A stretch of 64,000 bases of DNA from Escherichia coli (GTDB lineage Bacteria; Pseudomonadota; Gammaproteobacteria; Enterobacterales; Enterobacteriaceae): the NCBI RefSeq assembly GCF_003334255.1, contig NZ_QOWU01000014.1; one strand, 5' to 3'. Numbering within the stretch: the stretch's first letter is position 1; each line of letters begins with the position of its first letter. A program made the translations under genes and the position numbers. Shown piece by piece: positions 24,815 to 36,880 of the stretch. The notes beneath the pieces were generated by a model that searched no databases, was not told the origin of the DNA, and saw only the letters and a program-made list of their open reading frames with translations.

Positions 24815-25267
24815 ATGATCTGGATAATGCTCGCCACGCTGGCGGTAGTGTTTGTGGTTGGTTTTCGGGTGCTGACATCCGGGGCCAGAAAAGCGATTCG
24901 CCGTCTCAGCGATCGGCTGAACATCGATGTCGTACCCGTGGAGTCGATGGTCGATCAAATGGGAAAGTCAGCTGGTGACGAATTTTTACGTTATTTGCAT
25001 CGTCCGGATGAGTCGCACCTGCAAAACGCCGCGCAGGTGTTGCTCATCTGGCAAATTGTCATTGTCGATGGTAGCGAACAGAACCTGCTGCAATGGCATC
25101 GGATTTTACAAAAAGCTCGCCTCGCCGCGCCGATTACCGACGCTCAGGTCAGGCTGGCGCTAGGTTTTCTGCGCGAAACCGAACCTGAAATGCAGGATAT
25201 TAATGCTTTTCAGATGCGCTATAACGCGTTCTTTCAGCCTGCCGAGGGCGTTCACTGGTTGCATTGA
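24815..25267 (+). CDS. yicN: Uncharacterised protein YicN (DUF1198)
   Basis: ORF 24788..25267; start at MIWIMLATLAVVFVVGF (N-terminal membrane anchor). Confidence 0.75.
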   Translation: MIWIMLATLAVVFVVGFRVLTSGARKAIRRLSDRLNIDVVPVESMVDQMGKSAGDEFLRYLHRPDESHLQNAAQVLLIWQIVIVDGSEQNLLQWHRILQKARLAAPITDAQVRLALGFLRETEPEMQDINAFQMRYNAFFQPAEGVHWLH

Positions 25268-25274
25268 AACCGTT

Positions 25275-25344
25275 TCGTCTTATCAGCCTACAGACCGCGC
25301 CTGACCTGTCGGGTGGATAAGACGTTCACGCCGCATCCGGTAAT
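25275..25344. repeat. REP/BIME palindromic repeat pair
   Basis: cgtcttatcagcctacag … gtcgggtggataagacgttcacgccgcatccggtaa: two REP-like units in the yicN-nepI intergenic. Confidence 0.55.
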
Positions 25345-25477
25345 CTTTGCCCTGTTCCGTTTCGATCTTAACTCCAGCTCAAGCAACACCGTAAAAGTTG
25401 CAAAAACGTTAAATGCGTCACACATTTCAATGTTAAAGTGGTCGGCTTTTCCCCTGAAACATGCCACGGGTAACACC

Positions 25478-26668
25478 ATGAGTGAATTTATTGCCGAAAA
25501 CCGCGGCGCGGATGCCATCACCCGACCGAACTGGTCAGCCGTTTTCTCGGTGGCGTTTTGTGTCGCCTGTCTGATTATCGTTGAGTTTTTGCCCGTCAGT
25601 TTGTTGACGCCAATGGCCCAGGATTTAGGCATTTCGGAAGGGGTTGCCGGGCAATCGGTGACCGTGACCGCCTTTGTGGCAATGTTTGCCAGTTTGTTTA
25701 TTACCCAGACAATTCAGGCTACTGACCGCCGCTACGTTGTTATTTTGTTTGCCGTTTTGCTGACGCTCTCCTGCTTGCTGGTTTCCTTTGCTAACTCATT
25801 CAGTTTGCTTTTAATCGGTCGTGCCTGTCTGGGGCTGGCGCTGGGCGGGTTCTGGGCGATGTCGGCGTCGCTGACCATGCGTCTGGTGCCGCCGCGTACG
25901 GTGCCGAAGGCGCTGTCGGTGATCTTCGGCGCGGTTTCTATTGCGCTGGTGATTGCCGCGCCGTTGGGCAGTTTTTTAGGCGAGCTTATCGGTTGGCGCA
26001 ATGTCTTTAATGCGGCGGCGGTGATGGGCGTGCTGTGTATTTTCTGGATTATCAAATCATTGCCTTCACTGCCAGGCGAACCCTCGCATCAGAAACAAAA
26101 TACTTTCCGCTTATTACAACGTCCGGGTGTGATGGCAGGGATGATCGCCATCTTCATGTCTTTCGCCGGGCAGTTTGCTTTCTTCACGTATATTCGCCCG
26201 GTGTATATGAACCTGGCGGGATTCGGCGTGGATGGCTTAACGCTGGTGCTGTTGAGTTTTGGTATCGCCAGCTTTATTGGTACGTCGCTTTCGTCGTTCA
26301 TTCTTAAACGTTCGGTAAAACTGGCCTTAGCAGGCGCGCCGTTAATACTGGCTGTGAGTGCGTTGGTACTGACGTTGTGGGGAAGCGATAAAATCGTTGC
26401 TACCGGCGTGGCGATTATCTGGGGGCTAACTTTTGCATTGGTTCCCGTCGGCTGGTCAACGTGGATCACCCGCTCGCTGGCCGATCAGGCAGAAAAAGCC
26501 GGGTCTATTCAGGTGGCGGTTATTCAGCTTGCTAATACCTGTGGCGCGGCAATCGGCGGTTATGCGCTGGATAATATTGGTCTGACTTCGCCGTTGATGT
26601 TGTCCGGCACATTGATGTTGCTGACTGCATTGTTGGTTACTGCAAAGGTGAAAATGAAGAAATCCTGA
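25478..26668 (+). CDS. nepI: Purine ribonucleoside efflux pump NepI (MFS)
   Basis: ORF 25313..26668; start at [23 protein letters not shown] (396 aa). Confidence 0.85.
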   Translation: MSEFIAENRGADAITRPNWSAVFSVAFCVACLIIVEFLPVSLLTPMAQDLGISEGVAGQSVTVTAFVAMFASLFITQTIQATDRRYVVILFAVLLTLSCLLVSFANSFSLLLIGRACLGLALGGFWAMSASLTMRLVPPRTVPKALSVIFGAVSIALVIAAPLGSFLGELIGWRNVFNAAAVMGVLCIFWIIKSLPSLPGEPSHQKQNTFRLLQRPGVMAGMIAIFMSFAGQFAFFTYIRPVYMNLAGFGVDGLTLVLLSFGIASFIGTSLSSFILKRSVKLALAGAPLILAVSALVLTLWGSDKIVATGVAIIWGLTFALVPVGWSTWITRSLADQAEKAGSIQVAVIQLANTCGAAIGGYALDNIGLTSPLMLSGTLMLLTALLVTAKVKMKKS

Positions 26669-26708
26669 TATCAGGTAAAGAAGCGTTGGTCAGTAGTTGT
26701 TGCTGTTC

Positions 26709-27002
26709 TTACATATCCGGGCATTCTACCTTACCCAACGCTTCCCAATAATTGCTCTGATTATTACGTTCCATCGCCACGATGGCCTCGCGTATATGTT
26801 GTTTATTGTTTTCATCTGACAACATTAACTTTTCCCACGCTTCATCTGATAATGACGCCTGTGGCGTGCAAATTTTACGTAAATCTTGTAATACCGTGGT
26901 TTTCTCTTTTGCGGACTGCAGTGAGCTAAAAGGCGACTCGGCGTATACGATGCCTGGCATAGCGAAAAAAGTGAAAATAAGCAGTAGTGTCGTTGGTTTC
27001 AT
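26709..27002 (-). CDS. yicS: Secreted small protein YicS
   Basis: 97 aa with N-terminal signal peptide MKPTTLLLIFTFFAMPGIVYA. Confidence 0.75.
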   Translation of the reverse strand: MKPTTLLLIFTFFAMPGIVYAESPFSSLQSAKEKTTVLQDLRKICTPQASLSDEAWEKLMLSDENNKQHIREAIVAMERNNQSNYWEALGKVECPDM

Positions 27003-27223
27003 GGATTCAACCTTTTACAAATGTGTATCGAATGAAGCATAAGTGTAGTTTGCTTTCATCGCTCTCATCATGCTGTACGAAACGCGCTTGCGTGGTCAGT
27101 AAGAAGTGCCAGACTTTATATTCCACTTTTATTCCTTTTTATTCTTATCGATAGCGTTTCGTTTTTTAAACCGCAGCGACCTTACCGCTATAGTCAGGTA
27201 ATCATTAATAAAAGGATAAAAAA

Positions 27224-28042
27224 ATGAAACTGACAACACATCATCTACGGACAGGGGCCGCATTATTGCTGGCCGGAATTCTGCTGGCAGGTTGCGACCA
27301 GAGTAGCAGCGATGCAAAACACATTAAAGTTGGCGTTATAAATGGCGCAGAACAAGATGTCGCGGAAGTCGCTAAAAAGGTGGCAAAAGAGAAATATGGC
27401 CTCGATGTTGAACTGGTAGGATTTAGCGGTTCGTTGCTACCGAACGATGCGACAAATCATGGCGAACTTGATGCGAATGTCTTCCAGCATCGACCCTTTC
27501 TTGAACAAGATAATCAGGCGCATGGTTATAAACTGGTAGCGGTGGGAAATACGTTTGTCTTCCCTATGGCGGGTTATTCCAAAAAAATCAAAACCGTGGC
27601 GCAAATAAAAGAAGGCGCGACAGTGGCGATCCCCAACGACCCGACCAACCTTGGTCGCGCACTTTTACTGTTGCAAAAAGAGAAGCTAATTACTCTGAAA
27701 GAGGGAAAAGGGTTATTACCTACCGCGCTGGATATAACCGATAATCCTCGTCATTTGCAGATTATGGAACTCGAGGGGGCGCAGCTCCCGCGCGTACTGG
27801 ATGATCCCAAAGTTGATGTAGCGATTATCAGCACCACTTACATTCAGCAGACCGGGCTTTCTCCGGTGCACGACAGCGTATTTATTGAAGATAAGAATTC
27901 GCCGTATGTGAATATTTTGGTGGCACGGGAAGATAATAAGAATGCAGAAAACGTGAAGGAATTTCTGCAATCTTATCAATCACCCGAAGTCGCTAAAGCG
28001 GCAGAAACCATTTTTAACGGTGGCGCGGTGCCTGGCTGGTAA
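27224..28042 (+). CDS. nlpA: Lipoprotein 28 (methionine-binding-like)
   Basis: 272 aa; lipobox LLAGC after the signal peptide. Confidence 0.85.
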   Translation: MKLTTHHLRTGAALLLAGILLAGCDQSSSDAKHIKVGVINGAEQDVAEVAKKVAKEKYGLDVELVGFSGSLLPNDATNHGELDANVFQHRPFLEQDNQAHGYKLVAVGNTFVFPMAGYSKKIKTVAQIKEGATVAIPNDPTNLGRALLLLQKEKLITLKEGKGLLPTALDITDNPRHLQIMELEGAQLPRVLDDPKVDVAIISTTYIQQTGLSPVHDSVFIEDKNSPYVNILVAREDNKNAENVKEFLQSYQSPEVAKAAETIFNGGAVPGW

Positions 28043-28045
28043 TTC

Positions 28046-28969
28046 TCACTTATGCCGCGCCGGACGATTTATTTTTCTGGCGCGGCGACGGGAATCCATT
28101 GAAATCAAAATCACCGATGACAGAATCAGCAGCGTTCCCAGCCAGTCCGGTAATGTGAACGTGATCCCCAGCAACAGCAAAGAGAGTAGCGCGCTACTTA
28201 ATGGTTCTGCACAGCTCAAAATGCTGGCTTTTGGACCGCCAATTAATTGTGCTCCTTTCAGGTACAGACTAAATGTCAGGGACGTACCAATGACCACCAA
28301 ATAAAAAAACGCCAGAATCAAACTGCCGTTAACGACAAAGTTTGTTCCTTGTCTGGCATAAAAAGGCAACAGAATCAGACCGCCAATCAGCATACTCCAG
28401 CCGACGACTGGTAACGTGCCATAGCGGGCAATTAGCGTTGAGGGATAGGTGGTATAGAATGCAGCAGCAAATGCCGAGGCAATGCCCCAGAACAACGCGG
28501 CAGGAGAGATCGATAATGACGTCGGATTACCGTGTGTCACCAATAAAAAAGTCCCGACCAGCGATGTCAAAATAGCGCAGAAAACCAGAATGCCCGGGCG
28601 CGATTTACGCACCAGTGAGAACCAGGCGACGATAATCGTCGGTGAGAGGAATTGCAGCACCGTTGCCGTGGCTGCGTTCGATTTTTCGATGGTTAGCAAA
28701 AAAGTGAGCTGTACAGTTAGCGCGCCAACCACGGAAAAAATCAGCAGGCTAATGGCATCTTTATGATTGTTAATAATAGAAAAGATTTTATCGCCATGAA
28801 CAAATGACAGCGTCAGTAGAATCAAACCGGCGAATATCAAACGCGTCATAGTCAAAAACTGCGACGACATCTGGCTTTGCTCCATGATGTATTGCGCGCA
28901 GACCCCTGAACTTCCCCACAACACGGCGGCAATCAGAACGTTCAGCATCCCCTTTCTGGTGGAACCCAT
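28046..28969 (-). CDS. yicL: EamA/DMT-family inner membrane transporter YicL
   Basis: 307-aa polytopic membrane ORF. Confidence 0.8.
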
Positions 28970-29079
28970 TTTTCCCTCTGCATACTGTTTTGTCGTTTAT
29001 GTATGCAGGCATGATAGCAAAAATGGCGAGGATGGCTCTGTTTGCGCCACGCCGATTTTTCTTAGCCCAGACTGGTGAG

Positions 29080-30264
29080 CTAAATATCTTTAATAAACAG
29101 CAGGCAAATCATCGCAATACCCAACATCCCTATCGCCAGCCAGAACAACGCATGGTAGCTCCAGATTTCAACCATAATTCCGTCAACAGAGCCGGCGATA
29201 ATCCAGCCGACGCGTGAAGTATTTGCATATAACGTTGTCGCAGAGCCTATTTTTTCAGGCATCAAGTCCTGAAAATAAAGCATGCCGATACCACAGAGAA
29301 TACCAAGGAAGATGGCATTAAGAATTTGCAATTCCAGCTCAACCGCCGGAGTCGTCGCCATGAGTACGCTGGCGTAAAAACACATTCCACTCACGATAGC
29401 AATGAGCATTAATAGTCGCTTGCCAATACGTTTCATGTAATAGCCTGCGATTAACATCATCGGAATTTCCAGACCGGCAGCGATACCAATCATTTCTCCA
29501 GCCAGTTTATCGGTTAGATGCAGTTCATCAATAATAAATAGCGGCATATTTATCATGTAGAGATTATTCGCCGCCCACATCATTGAACAGACCACAAAAA
29601 GTAGCCGCGTATCCCGCTTCCTGTGGGTGGAGGGTAAAATTTCTACGGGTTGGGTAACGACAGGAATATTTCTTTGTATTGATGGCAAAAACAACCAGAC
29701 TATCAGTCCGCAAACAACAAATGCGATGGCAGCGGTGAGATACATCACTTTAAAACTAAATCCCATTGCCAGTTCATAAGCGAGCGGTGGCCCGATAACC
29801 CAGGCAAGCGAGATCTGAGCACGTAAAAATGTACTGAACATGACCGTCTCACGGCCTGTTCTGTCGGCGTGTTCACGGGCGAGGGCGAACATTTGCGGGT
29901 TTGCGGTGGAAGCAAAACTACTCAGAAGTACGCCCGTTGAGAGGAGAATGAAGTAGTTGCGATTCCACGCAAAAAGCGTGCAGGCCAGCACTCCAAATAA
30001 GCAACATAGCAGAATCAGTAATTTACGGTCGCCTTGTTTATCGGAGTGCCTTGCCAGAAATTGACTGACCAGAATTCCCATAATAGCGCTACCGGTGAAG
30101 AAAAAACCTACCATTATAGGACGGGCTTTCAGTTCATCTGCGAGGAATATACTTAGGGTAGGAGTCTGAAGAGCGCCCGCAATACCCGTCAGAAAGGCGA
30201 CAAGTAAAAATGCCGCGGCAGTGAGATCAAGTATTTTTGATGGAGTGGTAGCCGTTTTTTGCAT
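29080..30264 (-). CDS. setC: Sugar efflux transporter SetC (MFS)
   Basis: 394-aa MFS ORF. Confidence 0.85.
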   Translation of the reverse strand: MQKTATTPSKILDLTAAAFLLVAFLTGIAGALQTPTLSIFLADELKARPIMVGFFFTGSAIMGILVSQFLARHSDKQGDRKLLILLCCLFGVLACTLFAWNRNYFILLSTGVLLSSFASTANPQMFALAREHADRTGRETVMFSTFLRAQISLAWVIGPPLAYELAMGFSFKVMYLTAAIAFVVCGLIVWLFLPSIQRNIPVVTQPVEILPSTHRKRDTRLLFVVCSMMWAANNLYMINMPLFIIDELHLTDKLAGEMIGIAAGLEIPMMLIAGYYMKRIGKRLLMLIAIVSGMCFYASVLMATTPAVELELQILNAIFLGILCGIGMLYFQDLMPEKIGSATTLYANTSRVGWIIAGSVDGIMVEIWSYHALFWLAIGMLGIAMICLLFIKDI

Positions 30265-30900
30265 TCTTCTGAATCACCGGGCGAAAAAATATAACTGAGT
30301 TACAAATAAGTACCAGTCGAATGAGTATTGTATTAAGAATTTTTGAGTATCGCTGATACAACCAGAAAGCAATGCTAGCGCAATATTATAGGGCCAGCAA
30401 TTGAGATTATTAGTAAAAGCATGTTAAGAATTAATTACCGAATTTATATATTAATTATAGTAAGGCAATGAGCTATTTTTGATAGTAAAAATAAAACAAG
30501 TTGATTTGATATATTAAATGAACAAATTAATCTTGATGGCAGTCTGATTATTGGTGAAGTTTATAGTCAGTTTTTTTCGCCAGCGGTTAAAGAAATAGAA
30601 TAGTCGTATAAAAAAGGGTGTTCTGGGGCGAGTAAAACAACATCTTCACCTTAATGGCGATACAGTTGGCTGAGAGTCAGCAGGGGGGCAAATCACCTGC
30701 AAATAAACACGGCGCATACTGGCGTGAATATCGCGGATGCGTTCGAGGACAGAAGAACCGACAGGCGGATTCTTCAGCCGCTCATCGTCCATCACAAAAC
30801 CTTAGACCAGGTATTCCTGAAGCCGATTGAATATTGAGCAGTAGAAAATATCTGGATTGACAGTATTACAAGGGGTTGGAGAACGTCAGGAGAGGCATTT

Positions 30901-30995
30901 TGGCGGAAGATCACAGGAGTCGAACCTGCCCGGGACCGCTGGCGGCCCCAACTGGATTTGAAGTCCAGCCGCCTCACCGGAGACGACGATCTTCC
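30901..30995 (-). tRNA. selC: tRNA-Sec (selenocysteine, UCA anticodon)
   Basis: Reverse complement of 30901..30995 is GGAAGATCGTCGTCTCCGGTGAGGCGGCTGGACTTCAAATCCAGTTGGGGCCGCCAGCGGTCCCGGGCAGGTTCGACTCCTGTGATCTTCCGCCA, recognised as E. coli selC. Confidence 0.9.
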
Positions 30996-31287
30996 GCGCC
31001 TCGATTGCTACATGGAGGCGGGGCGCATTATAGCTACTTCCTTGAGTTTCTACATCCCCCAGATCAGTTTTTTCCGCCTAATACACGCAGCGTATTATCA
31101 CGAAAGCATTATAGTTCATATAAAACCCATATTTTACAATGATATATGAGCGGAATTAACGCTACCACGATCACATAAAACAAGAATCATAAATTAATAA
31201 CCAGATATCGGAATATTCGCTCTCACAGGGATGGTTTACAAAATGCGTTATCGGTCTCAGCACCCCTATAGCATCAAGGAAAAGCAG

Positions 31288-32670
31288 ATGAAGAGTGAAG
31301 TGTTGTCCGTTAAAGAGAAAATTGGTTATGGCATGGGAGACGCCGCCAGCCACATTATTTTCGATAACGTAATGTTATATATGATGTTCTTTTATACCGA
31401 TATTTTTGGCATTCCTGCCGGTTTTGTCGGAACCATGTTTTTGGTCGCTCGTGCACTGGATGCGATTTCCGATCCTTGCATGGGGTTGTTGGCCGATCGA
31501 ACGCGCTCTCGCTGGGGTAAATTTCGTCCGTGGGTACTGTTTGGCGCACTGCCATTCGGGATCGTCTGTGTACTGGCCTATAGCACGCCAGATCTCAGTA
31601 TGAACGGCAAAATGATCTATGCAGCAATTACTTACACCCTACTTACCTTACTTTATACCGTCGTCAATATCCCTTACTGCGCATTGGGTGGTGTAATCAC
31701 CAATGACCCGACTCAGCGTATCTCGCTGCAATCCTGGCGTTTTGTGCTGGCGACCGCGGGAGGCATGCTTTCTACTGTTCTGATGATGCCACTGGTTAAT
31801 TTAATTGGCGGTGATAATAAACCACTCGGTTTCCAGGGCGGTATCGCGGTCCTTTCCGTGGTGGCATTCATGATGCTGGCATTTTGTTTCTTCACCACTA
31901 AAGAACGCGTTGAAGCACCACCTACAACAACGTCTATGCGGGAAGATTTACGTGATATCTGGCAAAACGACCAGTGGCGGATTGTCGGTTTACTAACCAT
32001 TTTCAATATCCTGGCGGTGTGCGTACGCGGTGGGGCGATGATGTATTACGTCACATGGATTTTGGGCACGCCGGAAGTGTTTGTCGCTTTTCTCACCACT
32101 TATTGCGTGGGTAACCTGATTGGTTCCGCACTGGCAAAACCTCTGACCGACTGGAAATGTAAAGTCACTATCTTCTGGTGGACGAACGCCCTGCTGGCAG
32201 TGATTAGCCTCGCGATGTTCTTTGTTCCCATGCAGGCCAGCATCACTATGTTTGTCTTCATCTTCGTGATTGGTGTGTTGCATCAACTGGTGACACCTAT
32301 CCAGTGGGTAATGATGTCCGATACCGTCGACTACGGCGAGTGGTGCAATGGTAAACGCCTGACCGGGATCAGTTTTGCTGGCACGCTGTTTGTGCTCAAA
32401 CTGGGGTTGGCCTTCGGCGGCGCTCTTATCGGCTGGATGCTGGCTTATGGCGGATATGATGCGGCAGAAAAAGCGCAGAACAGCGCCACGATTAGCATCA
32501 TTATTGCGCTATTCACGATTGTTCCGGCGATCTGTTATTTGCTGAGCGCGATTATCGCTAAACGCTACTACTCACTCACGACGCACAATCTGAAAACCGT
32601 TATGGAACAGCTGGCTCAGGGTAAACGCCGTTGCCAGCAACAATTCACCTCTCAAGAAGTGCAGAACTAA
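31288..32670 (+). CDS. yicJ: GPH-family glycoside/cation symporter YicJ
   Basis: ORF 31231..32670; start at MKSEVLSVKEKIGYGMGDAASH (460 aa). Confidence 0.85.
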   Translation: MKSEVLSVKEKIGYGMGDAASHIIFDNVMLYMMFFYTDIFGIPAGFVGTMFLVARALDAISDPCMGLLADRTRSRWGKFRPWVLFGALPFGIVCVLAYSTPDLSMNGKMIYAAITYTLLTLLYTVVNIPYCALGGVITNDPTQRISLQSWRFVLATAGGMLSTVLMMPLVNLIGGDNKPLGFQGGIAVLSVVAFMMLAFCFFTTKERVEAPPTTTSMREDLRDIWQNDQWRIVGLLTIFNILAVCVRGGAMMYYVTWILGTPEVFVAFLTTYCVGNLIGSALAKPLTDWKCKVTIFWWTNALLAVISLAMFFVPMQASITMFVFIFVIGVLHQLVTPIQWVMMSDTVDYGEWCNGKRLTGISFAGTLFVLKLGLAFGGALIGWMLAYGGYDAAEKAQNSATISIIIALFTIVPAICYLLSAIIAKRYYSLTTHNLKTVMEQLAQGKRRCQQQFTSQEVQN

Positions 32671-32679
32671 GGAACGGCA

Positions 32680-34998
32680 ATGAAAATTAGCGATGGAAAC
32701 TGGTTGATTCAACCTGGCCTCAATTTGATTCACCCGCTTCAGGTGTTCGAGGTTGAACAGCAGGATAATGAAATGGTGGTCTATGCTGCCCCCCGTGATG
32801 TGCGTGAACGTACCTGGCAGCTTGATACGCCTTTATTTACGTTGCGCTTTTTCTCCCCACAGGAAGGTATTGTCGGTGTGCGGATTGAGCATTTTCAGGG
32901 GGCGCTGAATAACGGTCCTCATTATCCGCTCAATATTTTGCAGGACGTGAAGGTCACAATCGAAAACACAGAACGTTATGCTGAGTTTAAAAGTGGCAAC
33001 TTAAGCGCGCGTGTCAGCAAAGGTGAGTTCTGGTCACTGGATTTTCTGCGCAACGGCGAACGTATTACCGGTAGTCAGGTGAAAAATAATGGCTACGTGC
33101 AGGACACGAATAATCAACGCAATTATATGTTTGAGCGGCTTGATCTTGGCGTTGGCGAAACAGTTTACGGTCTGGGAGAGCGCTTTACTGCCCTGGTGCG
33201 CAATGGCCAGACGGTAGAGACCTGGAACCGGGACGGCGGCACAAGTACTGAACAGGCGTATAAAAATATCCCGTTCTACATGACTAACCGTGGTTATGGG
33301 GTACTGGTCAATCATCCCCAGTGTGTCTCTTTTGAAGTGGGATCGGAGAAAGTCTCCAAAGTGCAGTTCAGCGTTGAGAGTGAATATCTCGAATACTTTG
33401 TTATCGACGGCCCGACGCCGAAAGCGGTACTTGATCGTTATACCCGCTTTACTGGTCGTCCGGCGCTGCCGCCCGCGTGGTCCTTCGGCCTGTGGCTAAC
33501 CACTTCATTTACCACCAACTACGACGAAGCGACGGTAAACAGCTTTATCGATGGTATGGCGGAACGCAATCTGCCGCTGCATGTTTTCCACTTTGACTGT
33601 TTCTGGATGAAAGCCTTCCAGTGGTGCGATTTTGAGTGGGACCCGCTGACTTTCCCTGACCCGGAAGGGATGATCCGCCGCCTGAAAGCGAAAGGACTGA
33701 AAATCTGCGTCTGGATTAACCCCTATATCGGTCAAAAATCCCCCGTCTTTAAAGAGTTACAAGAGAAAGGCTATTTACTCAAACGCCCGGACGGTTCGCT
33801 ATGGCAGTGGGATAAATGGCAGCCAGGTCTGGCGATTTATGACTTTACCAATCCGGATGCCTGCAAATGGTACGCCGACAAACTGAAAGGTCTGGTCGCG
33901 ATGGGCGTTGATTGCTTTAAGACCGACTTTGGCGAACGTATCCCAACTGATGTTCAGTGGTTTGACGGTTCCGATCCGCAGAAAATGCATAACCATTATG
34001 CGTACATCTACAACGAACTGGTGTGGAACGTGCTCAAGGACACCGTTGGTGAGGAAGAAGCTGTCTTGTTTGCCCGCTCGGCCTCCGTCGGTGCGCAGAA
34101 ATTCCCGGTACACTGGGGTGGCGATTGTTACGCTAACTACGAATCAATGGCGGAAAGCCTGCGCGGTGGTTTGTCTATTGGCCTTTCAGGTTTTGGCTTC
34201 TGGAGCCACGATATCGGCGGCTTTGAAAATACCGCTCCGGCGCACGTTTACAAACGCTGGTGCGCGTTTGGTTTGCTCTCCAGCCATAGCCGTTTACACG
34301 GTAGCAAATCTTATCGTGTGCCGTGGGCCTACGATGATGAGTCCTGTGATGTGGTGCGCTTCTTCACGCAACTGAAATGCCGCATGATGCCGTATCTGTA
34401 TCGTGAAGCTGCGCGTGCGAACGCGCGGGGTACGCCGATGATGCGGGCCATGATGATGGAGTTCCCGGACGATCCGGCTTGTGATTACCTTGACCGTCAA
34501 TACATGTTAGGCGACAACGTGATGGTTGCGCCGGTGTTCACTGAAGCGGGCGATGTGCAGTTCTACCTGCCGGAAGGTCGCTGGACACACCTGTGGCACA
34601 ACGATGAACTCGACGGTAGTCGCTGGCATAAACAGCAGCACGGCTTCCTGAGTCTGCCCGTTTATGTGCGTGATAACACTCTACTGGCGCTGGGCAACAA
34701 CGATCAACGTCCCGATTACGTGTGGCACGAAGGCACGGCATTCCACCTCTTTAATCTGCAAGACGGGCATGAAGCCGTCTGTGAAGTGCCCGCTGCTGAC
34801 GGATCGGTGATCTTTACTTTAAAAGCAGCACGTACTGGCAACACGATTACTGTGACTGGTGCGGGCGAGGCGAAGAACTGGACACTGTGCCTGCGCAATG
34901 TTGTGAAAGTAAATGGTCTGCAAGACGGTTCGCAGGCTGAAAGTGAGCAGGGGCTGGTGGTGAAGCCTCAAGGGAATGCGCTGACAATTACGTTGTAA
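32680..34998 (+). CDS. yicI: Alpha-xylosidase (GH31)
   Basis: 772-aa ORF, GH31 family (…WINPYI…, …FKTDFGE…). Confidence 0.9.
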
Positions 34999-35050
34999 TC
35001 TATTGATGGAATGCCGGGTACGTCTGAGTCGTACCCGGCGAGATTGATGT

Positions 35051-36760
35051 TTACCGCACCGGCTCCGTCGATGTAACTTCACCGCTGGAAACGATGCCAG
35101 CATTCATGGTTTGAGTCACTTGCTGCTTTGCGGCGTTCACGGCATGCAATTGCCCGCTAACCGTAGGTTTCAACGGGACATTGGCCTGAATATCGCCACT
35201 GGCGGTAAGCTGAATATTGCCGTCGCCAGTCAACGGTAATTCAGGCCATCCCCACTGTTGCAAAATATTCACCGGCACACCGCGTCCATTCAGGCTGATA
35301 TGTGTCTGACGTTGTGGCGTTTGTGAAACACTGGCGGTGGCTTCCAGAATGCCTTTTTCAGTAAATGCACTCAGTTCGCTGATATTCACCGTGCTGCTGT
35401 TGGCGGTCAGCGCCAGCGACGGGCGACGAACATCAACACGATTGAATGTCGCGGCGGCGGCATTCAGATTCGCCGAGCCACTCCAGACGCCCCATTTATG
35501 ATCGGTAACCAGCGTCAGGTTGGCACCGTAACCATCGAGCGCGGTGAGCTGCCACGGGAAGTCAGGGTCGATATCAATGATCAGATTGCGGCTGGCGCTA
35601 AATCTCTTCAGTTGCAGGCTGTTTAACCAACCGGGTGTCGTTTCCATCCACAACTGTTGCCAGTTTTTCGGCAAGGTATATTCCAGCCCGGCAATTGCCG
35701 CATCATCAAGGATCAACGTTTTCCCGTCACGCAGCCAGTTCCCTGACGTTCTGACCATACCCCCTTCCCAGCGGCTGGTGAACTGGCGCAGCGCTACGCC
35801 CTGCGGGGAAAATTCCGTGTTTATAATCGGGTCAAATAAATGCAGCGAACCATAAATGAACTCGCTAGCGTTCATCGACAGTTTGCCTTCCTGTGTCTGC
35901 CAGTCATCTTTACTGAAGGTCATGTTGCGCAAGCTGAGATCGAGGTCGGTCACCGCCCAGTCCGGACCTTGCAAACGAGCATCGATCACTTCCAGGCGAC
36001 CAATCTGCAACGACGGGACAGAGCGTAATGGCGCAAAGAAGTCGGTTAGCGATTTTTCGCTTTGTAGACGTATATCCGCCATGCGCAGGTTTTCCACTTG
36101 CCAGCTGCCGTCGGCGTTACGCTGCGCGTTTCCGGTTAATGTCCCGCGGGCGATGTCGGCACCCAGGTTAGTCAGCGTAACGCGATCGTTATCAATACTG
36201 CCTTCAATCAGTACATTGGTGGCAGGAACATCATTGAGCGAAAGCGATCCGGCACTAAACTGAATCTGCGCCTTCGTACCCAGCACTTTACCGGCTTTTG
36301 GTGACCACGGAACTACGCCGCCATTTACCCGCTGCGCGCTCAGTTTCCATTCGCTATTCGGGCTATTAAACGCCATATCACGCAGTTGCAGACGATCGGC
36401 TTTGAACGGTAGCGGCGCGGTCTGGTCGGTGAGATTCAGCGTCCCGTTTTCCAGCAGGATGGTATCGACATGGCGTGGTTCGGTCAGTTGCCGACTGCTT
36501 AGCGCAATGTCGACACTTTTGGCCACCAGGGTCGCGGGCTGGCCATCACGACCAAACGTGACGTTCTCCAGCACGATATGAGATGGCGCGGAAAAACGGT
36601 GATCCATCGCCCCGAAGGCCAGATGATAGTCGCTATTCTCGGAAACCCATGCGCTGATATGTTCTGCTCCCCAGCGGGTTTGCAGAAGAAAATAGAGGCC
36701 AGCGATCGCCACTAACAGAGCGATGAGAATGTAGAGAAGCAGCTTCCCAATAAATTTCAT
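35051..36760 (-). CDS. yicH: AsmA-family protein YicH
   Basis: ORF 35051..36784 minus; start at MKFIGKLLLYILIALLVAIAGLYFLL (N-terminal anchor). Confidence 0.8.
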   Translation of the reverse strand: MKFIGKLLLYILIALLVAIAGLYFLLQTRWGAEHISAWVSENSDYHLAFGAMDHRFSAPSHIVLENVTFGRDGQPATLVAKSVDIALSSRQLTEPRHVDTILLENGTLNLTDQTAPLPFKADRLQLRDMAFNSPNSEWKLSAQRVNGGVVPWSPKAGKVLGTKAQIQFSAGSLSLNDVPATNVLIEGSIDNDRVTLTNLGADIARGTLTGNAQRNADGSWQVENLRMADIRLQSEKSLTDFFAPLRSVPSLQIGRLEVIDARLQGPDWAVTDLDLSLRNMTFSKDDWQTQEGKLSMNASEFIYGSLHLFDPIINTEFSPQGVALRQFTSRWEGGMVRTSGNWLRDGKTLILDDAAIAGLEYTLPKNWQQLWMETTPGWLNSLQLKRFSASRNLIIDIDPDFPWQLTALDGYGANLTLVTDHKWGVWSGSANLNAAAATFNRVDVRRPSLALTANSSTVNISELSAFTEKGILEATASVSQTPQRQTHISLNGRGVPVNILQQWGWPELPLTGDGNIQLTASGDIQANVPLKPTVSGQLHAVNAAKQQVTQTMNAGIVSSGEVTSTEPVR

Positions 36761-36880
36761 GGTCTTCCATCCCGTGAAATGCACATAAGGGAGTTATGCA
36801 CGATTTACGCGCAATCCTCAAGGCGGGAATGGTTAAAGAGGTGAGACTGCGGCGGTAATTATCTTACCGCCGCCAGTGAA

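Noticed and set aside
30265-30900. Possible pathogenicity-island remnant downstream of selC
   Set aside because: No integrase, cargo ORF or att repeat is visible; the AT-rich stretch is more simply the native setC promoter region. Retained only as a low-weight finding about an empty site.
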